From contig QWQR01000004.1 of the NCBI GenBank assembly GCA_003670745.1, forward strand, positions 1-50,070: 50,070 nucleotides of DNA, read 5' to 3'. Numbering within the stretch: the stretch's first letter is position 1; each line of letters starts with the position of its first letter. Position numbers and translations under genes: made by a program. Positions 1 to 7,741 of this stretch are shown piece by piece. This DNA is from Chloroflexota bacterium (GTDB lineage Bacteria; Chloroflexota; Limnocylindria; Limnocylindrales; Limnocylindraceae). The notes under the pieces were generated by a model. The model was not told the DNA's origin. It ran no database searches and saw nothing but the letters and a program-made list of their open reading frames with translations.

Positions 1-192
1 CACCCACGTGCCGGCGAAGAGCAGGTACTGCAACGGCAGGACCGCGGCGAAGAGTGGTGATGCTGCACCCCAGAGCAGGTTCCATCCGGCAAAGAGCACG
101 CCGCAGGCGACGCCGATCGCCGCGACGGTGACAAGCTCGAGCAGGCTCCATCCGCGCGTCGCCGCGCGTTGCGATTGCACTGCCTCCTTCAT
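1..192 (-). CDS. ykoE: ECF transporter S component, YkoE family (thiamine/HMP), 5' part only; runs off the window
   Basis: Not in the ORF track. Manual translation from ATG at 192: MKEAVQSQRAATRGWSLLELVTVAAIGVACGVLFAGWNLLWGAASPLFAAVLPLQYLLFAGTWV, resembling the YkoE N-terminal TM segment. ATGA overlap with the thiN stop; lies downstream of a TPP riboswitch. Confidence 0.75.
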   Translation of the reverse strand, partial: MKEAVQSQRAATRGWSLLELVTVAAIGVACGVLFAGWNLLWGAASPLFAAVLPLQYLLFAGTWV

Positions 193-845
193 TCCACACC
201 TCCATCGGCAACCAACAGCGCTCCGCGATGGAGCTGAATCTCCACCGTCGGTTCGACGCTCACGTTTGAGATTCCGCGCGATGCACCAGCACGCAGGGTC
301 TCCTGCACAAGTGGCCACTGCAGGCCGCTCGCCGAGACGACTGCGTCTCCCCCCCATGGAATGAGCGACACGATCGTTCCTGGCGCAAGCTCCAACCGCA
401 GCACAGCGTCGCCCTGCAAGAGCCGAATGCGACTTGCGGCATCGAGCAGCTCGGCCGTCGCCCCTGCCGCAGCGAGGCGTGGGTGGGTGAGGAGCGTCGC
501 CGTGCCGAGCGCATGGTCGGCGCGCAGGCCCCAGGTGGCGAGGATCGAGATCTGCGTCGCCCCCGCATCGAGTGCGGCGATAAGCGCGAGCTCGGTGTCT
601 GTTGCGTCCTTATCAACTGGATGCCGTTCAATAACAGCGCCGGCAGCGGCGAACGCGGCGACCTCCGCCGCGCTGAGTGAGTCAAAATCGCCGACGACAC
701 GATGCAGCGGTAGGCCAAGTCCAGCGGCGTGGCGCGCCCCAGAGTCAGCGCCAATGACGAGGTCGGCGTCGCGCCAACCGGGTCGCGCGGCGTCGAGCGC
801 TGCGCGGCTTGGTGCGTCACCGCCAGAGAGGATCAGAGCGCGCAC
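189..845 (-). CDS. thiN: Thiamine pyrophosphokinase
   Basis: Motifs ILSGG, IGADSGA, VGDFDS, DKDATDTELA, RADH, RGISN; GTG start with GGAAGG RBS; TPP riboswitch upstream. Confidence 0.93.
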   Translation of the reverse strand: MRALILSGGDAPSRAALDAARPGWRDADLVIGADSGARHAAGLGLPLHRVVGDFDSLSAAEVAAFAAAGAVIERHPVDKDATDTELALIAALDAGATQISILATWGLRADHALGTATLLTHPRLAAAGATAELLDAASRIRLLQGDAVLRLELAPGTIVSLIPWGGDAVVSASGLQWPLVQETLRAGASRGISNVSVEPTVEIQLHRGALLVADGGVE

Positions 846-874
846 GCGGCCACCTTCCTATCGCAAGGGGCTCT

Positions 875-966
875 GCGTCTCCCTTCGCCGGCATGACCCG
901 GATCAGGTTCCGAGGGTTCGCGGGCCACCCCGCATCTCAGCGCCCTATGGCGCTCCCCTGTCGCGA
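875..966 (-). ncRNA. TPP riboswitch
   Basis: Minus strand reads GGGGAGCGCC..GGCGCTGAGA..AACCCTCGGAACCTGATCCGGGTCATGCCGGCGAAGGGAG, the conserved TPP aptamer core. A -10 TAGACT lies at 974-979. Confidence 0.95.
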
Positions 967-1004
967 TGGGTGGAGTCTAGCAGTCGCTGTTGCGGCTTGG
1001 GCGA

Positions 1005-1661
1005 CTACGGTCGCTCGGCGAGCTCGGTGAGTAGTGCGTCAACCCATGCCGCAACCGATGGGGCGTGCTCGTGCGCGCCGGCCTCGGCGAGGAATCGTTC
1101 GGGATGAAAGAAGGGCGAATGGATCCCAACCGCGCGCGCGCCAGCAGCGCGTGCCATGCGCACGTCGTCAAGAGTGTCGCCAAGAAACGCGGTGCGTTCA
1201 GGATTGGCGGCGTGGCCGAGCGCAGCGATCGCGCGACGGAGTGGCGCCGGATGCGGCTTCTGCTCTGGCGCGTCGTCGCCGTACACGACGGCGCCAAGAA
1301 GATCATCAACGCCGTGACGCGCGAGCTGCGCCGATACGACGCGCCGATCGCCGGCGGTGACGACGCCGATCGGAATGCCCGCCGCGACGAGGCGTTCGAG
1401 CGACTCGTAGGCGCCGGGGAGCAGGTCGGCTTCGTGGCCGCGATAGGCGGCATGCCAGATCCCGGCCGCGTTCTCGACCAGCTGCTCGGGGACACCGAGC
1501 GCTGCGTACATCAGCCGCCAGTTCGGCGAGTAGTGCTCGCCGTAGCGCTCGCGCGTGAGTGCCGGGAGGCCGAGCGACTTCAGGACCTCGACGTTCGCGT
1601 CGTAGACGGCCTCGGTCGTGTCGATAAGAGTGCCGTCCCAGTCAAAGAGGATCGCCTTCAT
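1005..1661 (-). CDS. HAD-superfamily hydrolase (phosphoglycolate phosphatase-like)
   Basis: MKAILFDWDGTLID (motif I), VVT (II), KPHP (III), LGDTLDD (IV). Real start is ATG at 1661, not 2696. Confidence 0.9.
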   Translation of the reverse strand: MKAILFDWDGTLIDTTEAVYDANVEVLKSLGLPALTRERYGEHYSPNWRLMYAALGVPEQLVENAAGIWHAAYRGHEADLLPGAYESLERLVAAGIPIGVVTAGDRRVVSAQLARHGVDDLLGAVVYGDDAPEQKPHPAPLRRAIAALGHAANPERTAFLGDTLDDVRMARAAGARAVGIHSPFFHPERFLAEAGAHEHAPSVAAWVDALLTELAERP

Positions 1662-1694
1662 CGCGCGATCGTACGCCCCGCCTATGATCGGCGG
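1662..1694. promoter_or_regulatory. Bidirectional leaderless promoter pair
   Basis: TACGAT (minus, 1668-1673) is 6 nt before ATG 1661; TATGAT (plus, 1683-1688) is 6 nt before GTG 1695; no SD on either side. Confidence 0.7.
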
Positions 1695-2303
1695 GTGAAC
1701 GAGCGATCGGCCCCACTGATTCCCAGCGGCGCTACTGAGCCGCACAGCCTCGTCTCGACCTTCCCCGGCGGCCTTCACGTGCGCGCCACCTGGGGGAGCA
1801 GCGGGCAGGCCGCCGCGGTCTTCGCCCTCTCCGAGGCGGGGGCGACGCTCGTCGACCACGGCACTCTGGGCGCGGGGGCCGAGAGCGATCCCGATCGACT
1901 CTGCCGCATGGAGCTCCGCGTGGAGACGCCGGGCGGCGCCTGGGCGGTGCGCCTCGCCTCGCTCATCTACGACGCGCCGCGCGCGATCCACTGGGATGAC
2001 GCGGGGCTCTTCGTCGTCGGCTACGGCTTCACGGTGTACGCCTTCGCCGCGCGCACCGGCGCGCTCGCCTGGAGCCACCAAACAGGAACCCCGGTCGTTG
2101 AGCTGATCGCCTCGCCGCGCTTTGGCCACGTGATCGTGCAGAGCGAAGTCGAGACGTGGGCGATTCGCCCCGACGGCGACGTGCGCTGGCGCCTTGCCCA
2201 TAGCGACGTGGTCGCGGCGGCGGCGCTCATGGGTGGACGCCTTGTGCTCACGAGCGTCAGCGGCGAGGCCCAGTCGATCGATCCCGCCACGGGTGGCCGC
2301 TAG
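1695..2303 (+). CDS. Hypothetical protein with PQQ-like beta-propeller blades
   Basis: GTG start at 1695 after TATGAT. Blade-like motifs VYAFAARTGALAWS, WAIRPDGDVRWR, SIDPATG. Stop abuts the next ATG. Confidence 0.65.
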   Translation: MNERSAPLIPSGATEPHSLVSTFPGGLHVRATWGSSGQAAAVFALSEAGATLVDHGTLGAGAESDPDRLCRMELRVETPGGAWAVRLASLIYDAPRAIHWDDAGLFVVGYGFTVYAFAARTGALAWSHQTGTPVVELIASPRFGHVIVQSEVETWAIRPDGDVRWRLAHSDVVAAAALMGGRLVLTSVSGEAQSIDPATGGR

Positions 2304-3269
2304 ATGGATCCGTTGAAGTTCGCGGCGCTCGGCGTGGCGCTGATCGCACTCGGAACGTTTGGAACGCGACGCGGCGGCGCGCGATCGCGCGCCGGCCGAC
2401 TCCTTGCCAGCCTTTCGCCACTTACTCCGAGCGACGCACTTCGACTCGCCGCGCGCCTCGGATCTGGTCGCTACATCGCGATCACCGGCGGCGTTGACGC
2501 GGTCGAGGCATTTGAAGACGAGAACCACCGCCCGCTCGTCTATCGGCGAGAGCGAGTACTTATTGATGATGGTGGAGCGTGGCGCGAGATCGATCGCGCG
2601 GTGCGCAGCGTCCCCTTCTCGATCAGTGATGCAACGGGTGCGATTGCGATCGATGCCGCAGCGCTCGACGACGGGTTGATCGTGGTGGTGCGTCAATGGG
2701 AGGGGAGCGTCGCCGAGCTACGCGACGCGCGGCGCGACTTCGCCGACGCATCGTCACGCGACCTTGTGGGGCAGCTAGCGGCGAGCGATCCGCAGCGCGG
2801 CGCCCGCGTCGCCCTCGAGCAGATCAGCACCCTCGATCGCGCCACTGCCGCGGGGCGTCTCGCCGACGGGCGACTCACCGCCGATGGGGGCCGCCCACTC
2901 GTCTTCACCACGCTTGAGCGCAGTGAGGCACTCCGGGTGATCGGCACGGGGCGACGCGCCTCCCTGCTCATCAACGTCGGCGGGCTCCTCGCGGTTGGCG
3001 CCGGCCTCGCCCTCCTCCTTCTCGCCCTCCTCACCCTTTCTGCGGCGGTCACCTCCGCCTCCACCGTCACCGCGGCGACTCCGACGCCGACCCCCGTCGC
3101 CCCGAGCGGCGACGCGCGCAACGGCGGCGTTGCGACTGGGCCAGGCGGCGCGCTCGGGCTGCTCATCGCGCTCGCGCTCCCCGTCGCCTTCGGCACCCTC
3201 GTCGCAGCAGCGGCGCTCGTGATCGCCCGCGTGCGTAGGCAGTCGCGCGACCACGCGCGCAGGGATTAG
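2304..3269 (+). CDS. Membrane protein with GIDE-like domain
   Basis: N-terminal TM; LVYRRERV..WREIDRAVRSVPFSISDATGAIAID resembles the GIDE (PF12483) core; two C-terminal TMs separated by a Thr/Pro linker. Confidence 0.6.
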   Translation: MDPLKFAALGVALIALGTFGTRRGGARSRAGRLLASLSPLTPSDALRLAARLGSGRYIAITGGVDAVEAFEDENHRPLVYRRERVLIDDGGAWREIDRAVRSVPFSISDATGAIAIDAAALDDGLIVVVRQWEGSVAELRDARRDFADASSRDLVGQLAASDPQRGARVALEQISTLDRATAAGRLADGRLTADGGRPLVFTTLERSEALRVIGTGRRASLLINVGGLLAVGAGLALLLLALLTLSAAVTSASTVTAATPTPTPVAPSGDARNGGVATGPGGALGLLIALALPVAFGTLVAAAALVIARVRRQSRDHARRD

Positions 3270-3278
3270 GATCGGCGC

Positions 3279-4547
3279 ATGAGCCCACGACGCCCTTACG
3301 ACGTAGCAGCGATCCGCGCCCTCTTCCCCGCGCTCGCTCGCACCCTCCCCGACGGTCGGCCGCTCGCCTTTCTCGACGGCCCGGCCGGCACGCAGGTGCC
3401 ACAAGCGGTGATCGACGCCTATCGCGACTTCTTCGTGCAGGCGAACGCGAACTCTGGCGGTGACTTCCCAACCTCACGCGCGCAGGCCGCAGTCGAAGAT
3501 GCGGCGCACCGCGCCGCCGAGGATCTTCTCAACGCGCCGAAGGAGACGGTGAAGTTCGGCGCCAACATGACGACGCTCAACTTTCAACTGAGCCGCTCGC
3601 TCGCGCGCAGCATGAAGCCTGGCGACGAGGTGGTGGTGACGCTCCTCGACCACGACGCGAACTACAACCCGTGGCGCCTTCTCGCCGAAGATCATGGCTT
3701 TCTGCTCCGCGAGGCGCGCGTGCGCGCCGAAGACGGCACCGTTGATATGGACCACCTGCGCTCGCTCCTCGGGCCGCGCACGAAGATCGTCGCGACGGGC
3801 ATGTCGTCGAACGCGATCGGCACCATCAACCCGTCGGCCGAGATCGTGGCCGCGGCGCACGAGGTCGGCGCGCTCTCTGTGCTCGACGCGGTCTGCAGCG
3901 CACCGCACTACCCGATCGACGTGCAGGCGTTGAACGCCGATTTTTTACTCTGCTCGCCGTATAAGTTCTACGGCCCACATGCGGGCCTCCTCTACGGGCG
4001 ACTCGAGCTTCTCGAGCGCTACGGCCGCTATAAGGTGCGACCGGCGCACGACCAGTGGGAGACGGGGACGGCAAGCTACGAGTCGCAGGCGGCGACGACC
4101 GCGGCGATCGACTACCTCGCCTGGGTCGGCCGTGAGTTCGGCGACCCCGCTGATGCCGCCCCGCTGAGCGGCCGCCGCGGCGAGATCCGTGCGGGGTTGA
4201 AGGCGATCACCGCCTACGAGCGCACCATCGCCCGGCGCCTGATCGACGGCCTTCAGGCGATCCCCGGAGTAAAGGTCTGGGGGATCACCGCGCCAGAACG
4301 CGCCGCGGAGCGCACCTCAATCGTCTCGTTCAACGCCGCATTTGCGACCCCTGACACGATCGCTGCGCACCTCGGCGCCGAGGGGATCCAGGTCTGGAGC
4401 GGCGACTTCTATGCGGTGAACGCGATCGAATCGCTCAACCTCACCGCGAGTGGCGGCGTCGTGCGCGTCGGGCTGATGTCGTACAACACCGCCGAAGAGG
4501 TCGATCGCCTCCTCGCCTCACTGACGACGCTCGCCACGAGTCGCTAA
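3279..4547 (+). CDS. Cysteine desulfurase-like PLP enzyme (class V, Rv3778c/TIGR01976 type)
   Basis: FLDGPAGTQVP, LDHDANYNPW, CSPYKFYGPH (PLP Lys), VRVGLMSYNT. Confidence 0.9.
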   Translation: MSPRRPYDVAAIRALFPALARTLPDGRPLAFLDGPAGTQVPQAVIDAYRDFFVQANANSGGDFPTSRAQAAVEDAAHRAAEDLLNAPKETVKFGANMTTLNFQLSRSLARSMKPGDEVVVTLLDHDANYNPWRLLAEDHGFLLREARVRAEDGTVDMDHLRSLLGPRTKIVATGMSSNAIGTINPSAEIVAAAHEVGALSVLDAVCSAPHYPIDVQALNADFLLCSPYKFYGPHAGLLYGRLELLERYGRYKVRPAHDQWETGTASYESQAATTAAIDYLAWVGREFGDPADAAPLSGRRGEIRAGLKAITAYERTIARRLIDGLQAIPGVKVWGITAPERAAERTSIVSFNAAFATPDTIAAHLGAEGIQVWSGDFYAVNAIESLNLTASGGVVRVGLMSYNTAEEVDRLLASLTTLATSR

Positions 4548-4550
4548 GCC

Positions 4551-5276
4551 ATGACGCGCGCACCGCTCATCGTCATCACCGTCGCCGCACATGACGCGCA
4601 CCTTGATCCGGCGCGCGTCGCGCTAGTAAACGAACGCTACGCCGACGGCGTACGACGCGCCGGCGGACTGCCGCTGCTCATCTCCTCCGCCGCGGATGAT
4701 TCACAGCGCGCAACCGCGTTCGAGCAGATGGAGGGACTCTTGCTCTCGGGTGGCGCCGACATTGATCCGGCGCGCTACGGCGAGCCCGTGAACGGCGCGG
4801 TGGAGATTGATGCCGCACGTGACGCACTGGAGTGGGCGGCACTCGACGCTGCAGATCGGCGTGCCATCCCGGTCTTCGGCATCTGCCGCGGCCTGCAGTT
4901 CCTCAACGTGCATCGTGGCGGCAGCCTCTTGCAACACGTCGAGGGGCAGGTCGGCGCCGCGTATCCTGAATCTCCCGCCCTCTCGCATCCGCTCGACGTT
5001 GCGGTGGGGACGCGACTCGCGTCGATCCTCGGCGATGCGACCGCGCCGCTCGCGGTGAACAGCTATCACCACCAAGCGGTCACCGAAGAGCGGCTGAGCC
5101 CGAAGCTCACCGCCACAGCGTTCTCCGACTCACCGCGTGGCCGTCTCGTTGAGGGGCTCGAGGAGCAAGGCGATCGCTTCGTGCTCGGCGTGCAGTGCCA
5201 CCCCGAGCGCACCGAGAGCTCCCCCGCCGAACTCGAGCGCGTCTGGCGCGCCTTCGTCGACGCCGCGCGTCGCTGA
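4551..5276 (+). CDS. Peptidase C26 / gamma-glutamyl-GABA hydrolase (PuuD-like)
   Basis: LLSGGADIDPARY, GICRGLQ (Cys), VNSYHHQAV, GVQCHPE (His-Glu). Confidence 0.88.
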   Translation: MTRAPLIVITVAAHDAHLDPARVALVNERYADGVRRAGGLPLLISSAADDSQRATAFEQMEGLLLSGGADIDPARYGEPVNGAVEIDAARDALEWAALDAADRRAIPVFGICRGLQFLNVHRGGSLLQHVEGQVGAAYPESPALSHPLDVAVGTRLASILGDATAPLAVNSYHHQAVTEERLSPKLTATAFSDSPRGRLVEGLEEQGDRFVLGVQCHPERTESSPAELERVWRAFVDAARR

Positions 5277-5331
5277 GCACGATTCAGGATCCAGGTCCCG
5301 CCTGTAACCCAGGTGTGGCACGATCTGCGCC

Positions 5332-6348
5332 ATGAAGAGCAGTCGCCCCCGAGCGAGCAAGGGCCGCAACGAGGAGTTCCAGAAGCGTGATCGCTCGGCG
5401 CGGCTCATCCGCGCCTATCGCTACGTGACCGCCGCAGGCACGGCGGGGGTTCGCCCCGAGGACCTGGCGAAGCGGCTCGGCGTTAGTCGCCGCACCGCCT
5501 ATCGCGACCTTCAGGCGCTCGAGCGCGAGGTTGAGATGCCGATCTGGAACGAACACGGCCGCTGGGGCGTCACCGAGAAGGGGCTGCTGCCGGCGCTGCA
5601 CTTCAGTCGCGACGAGGCGTTGTCGATCGTGCTCGCTGCGCGGCTCCTCGCAAAATTTTCGACCGGGTACGACCCAGAGTTCGGCGCCGCGCTGATGAAG
5701 CTCGGCGGCATGCTGGAGGAGCCGCTCCGCTCAACGGTGGAACGAACGGTCGAGCAGATCGCGGAGGTGCGCGGCGATCCCGAGGCGCAGCAGCTCCTTC
5801 GCAAGGTTGCAGGCGCATGGATCTCGTCGCGCGTGGTCGAGTTTGACTACGCCGCCGCGTGGAGCAACCCCGGCGCGACACGCCGCGCGCGTGTGCGCCC
5901 GTATCTGATTGAGCCGTCGGCGGCGACGCTCGCTACGTACCTTATCGGATACGACGAGGGGCGCGACGCAATGCGCACCTTCCGACTCGACCGCATGAGC
6001 AACGCGCAGGTTGGCATCACCACATTTGTGCGACCGCGCGACATGGAGCTCGAGAAGCAACTCTCCGCGGCGTGGGACATCGTTGCCGACCAGCCACTCG
6101 AAGAGGTGGTGATCAAGTTCTCGTCAAGCGCGGCGGCGCGCGTCGTCGCGGTACGCTGGCATCCGTCGCAAGAGACCGAGATGCAAGGTGACGGTTCGTT
6201 GCTCTGGCGCGCACGCCTCTCAGGAACGCACGAGGTGCGCCCGTGGATCCTCGGCTGGGGCGGCGACGCTGAGGTGATTACCCCCGTGCCACTGCGCGAC
6301 GATATCGCGCGCACCCATCGCGACGCAGCAACGGTGTACGGCGCATGA
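5332..6348 (+). CDS. WYL-domain transcriptional regulator (HTH-WYL-WCX; PafB/C, DriD, YafY-like)
   Basis: HTH LAKRLGVSRRTAYRDLQAL; WYL RVRPYLI..TYLIGYD..RTFRLDRM; WCX WHPSQ..WILGWGGDAEVITPVPLR. Confidence 0.93.
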   Translation: MKSSRPRASKGRNEEFQKRDRSARLIRAYRYVTAAGTAGVRPEDLAKRLGVSRRTAYRDLQALEREVEMPIWNEHGRWGVTEKGLLPALHFSRDEALSIVLAARLLAKFSTGYDPEFGAALMKLGGMLEEPLRSTVERTVEQIAEVRGDPEAQQLLRKVAGAWISSRVVEFDYAAAWSNPGATRRARVRPYLIEPSAATLATYLIGYDEGRDAMRTFRLDRMSNAQVGITTFVRPRDMELEKQLSAAWDIVADQPLEEVVIKFSSSAAARVVAVRWHPSQETEMQGDGSLLWRARLSGTHEVRPWILGWGGDAEVITPVPLRDDIARTHRDAATVYGA

Positions 6349-6361
6349 GCAGCGAGGGCGT

Positions 6362-7741
6362 ATGAGCGACGAAGCGCAGCGCTTCAAGGCGGTGAATCTG
6401 ATCAGCGATCCGATCCACGGCTACATCGAGCTGACGAAGCGCCTCGATGGTGAACGCGCCGCCGAAGAGGATCTGCTCGACACCCCGTGGGTGCAGCGCC
6501 TCCGCCGTATCAGCCAGCTGCAGAGCGCGCGTTGGGTCTTCCCAACCGCCGAGCACAGCCGCTTCGCCCACGGCCTTGGTGTGATGCACGAGGCGGGGCT
6601 CTGGGCGCGCCACCTCTATCCGACGCTCAAGGAGCAGCTCGCCGCGAGCGGCGCCCCAGTGCCGAGCGAGGGGCTCGTGGTCGAAACGCTCCGCGTCGCG
6701 GGGCTCCTGCACGACGTCGGGCATGGGCCGTTCGCCCACTTCTTTGACCACGCCGTGCTCGAGTACCACCCCGCACCACACGATGAGCGCCGCGCGCCGG
6801 GGAAGCGGCTGGCGCATGAAGACCTTTCGGCGCTGATCATTGAGCGCGAGCTCGGCACGATCATTCGCGACCTACGACGCGCTCCGGTCGGCGCCGATGG
6901 ACGCGGCACCTTTAGCGACGGTGAGTCGATCGACCCAGCGTGGGTGAGCCTCCTCGTCTCCAAGCCGCCGATCAGCGACCCGCGCGCGCCGCGCTGGGTG
7001 CAGATCCTCCAGCCGCTGCTCTCGGGCGTCTTTACCGTTGACAACCTTGACTACGTGCGCCGCGACGCCTACATGACCGGCGTGCAGATCGGCGCCGTCG
7101 ACGTTGAGCGGCTGCGCCACTACAGCTTTATCGGCGCGCGCGGCCTCAGCCTCTACGAGCCGGCGATCGGTGCGCTGGAGAGCTTCCTCAACGCGCGTCA
7201 CTTCATGTACCAGCAGGTTTACCTGCATCGAACGGTGCGCGGCATCGATCTCGACATGAAGGAGGCGTTTGCGCCGTCGATCCGCGCGCTCTTTGGCGAC
7301 GCATCGCCCGCCGACGACCTCGCCGCCTACCTCGAGCTCGACGAGTACGCGCTGCTGCACCAGGCGTCGCGTTGGGCGCGCGGCAGCGACCTCTCCGACG
7401 CACCGCAGCCCGGTGATGGCACCGTCACCCCCGCGATCGCCGAAGCGTGGCGCGCGATCCTCTTCCGCAAACCGCGCTGGCAAATGGAGGAGGAGATTCG
7501 CGCTGAATACGGCGAGGAGGGAATCCCCGCGTCCATTCTCGAGAAGCTCGGACCTGCTACGCCCGGCGAGGTCGAGATCGACCTCGGCATCTGTGATCCA
7601 CGCCACGTTGAGGGCGACGCCGCCGATCGCCTCCTTGCGATCGAGGGGCGCGACGGCCGCGAGGCGCGACCCGTCTCGGAGCTACTGCTGCGCCTTCCGC
7701 TCTACAGCGTGATCGCGCGTCGCTACCGACGCCGCGCTTAG
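6362..7741 (+). CDS. HD-domain phosphohydrolase, SAMHD1/YwfO-like dNTP triphosphohydrolase
   Basis: DPIHGYI, QRLRRISQL, FPTAEHSRFAHGLG, LLHDVGHGPFAH, DNLDYVRRD, MYQQVYLH. Confidence 0.9.
   Translation: MSDEAQRFKAVNLISDPIHGYIELTKRLDGERAAEEDLLDTPWVQRLRRISQLQSARWVFPTAEHSRFAHGLGVMHEAGLWARHLYPTLKEQLAASGAPVPSEGLVVETLRVAGLLHDVGHGPFAHFFDHAVLEYHPAPHDERRAPGKRLAHEDLSALIIERELGTIIRDLRRAPVGADGRGTFSDGESIDPAWVSLLVSKPPISDPRAPRWVQILQPLLSGVFTVDNLDYVRRDAYMTGVQIGAVDVERLRHYSFIGARGLSLYEPAIGALESFLNARHFMYQQVYLHRTVRGIDLDMKEAFAPSIRALFGDASPADDLAAYLELDEYALLHQASRWARGSDLSDAPQPGDGTVTPAIAEAWRAILFRKPRWQMEEEIRAEYGEEGIPASILEKLGPATPGEVEIDLGICDPRHVEGDAADRLLAIEGRDGREARPVSELLLRLPLYSVIARRYRRRA

Noticed and set aside
1662-2696. 345-aa N-terminal extension of the HAD ORF (1005..2696), and the 1065 start of the plus-strand ORF
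   Set aside because: Each is the antisense shadow of a real gene. HAD motif I begins at ATG 1661, and -10 boxes support starts at 1661 and 1695.
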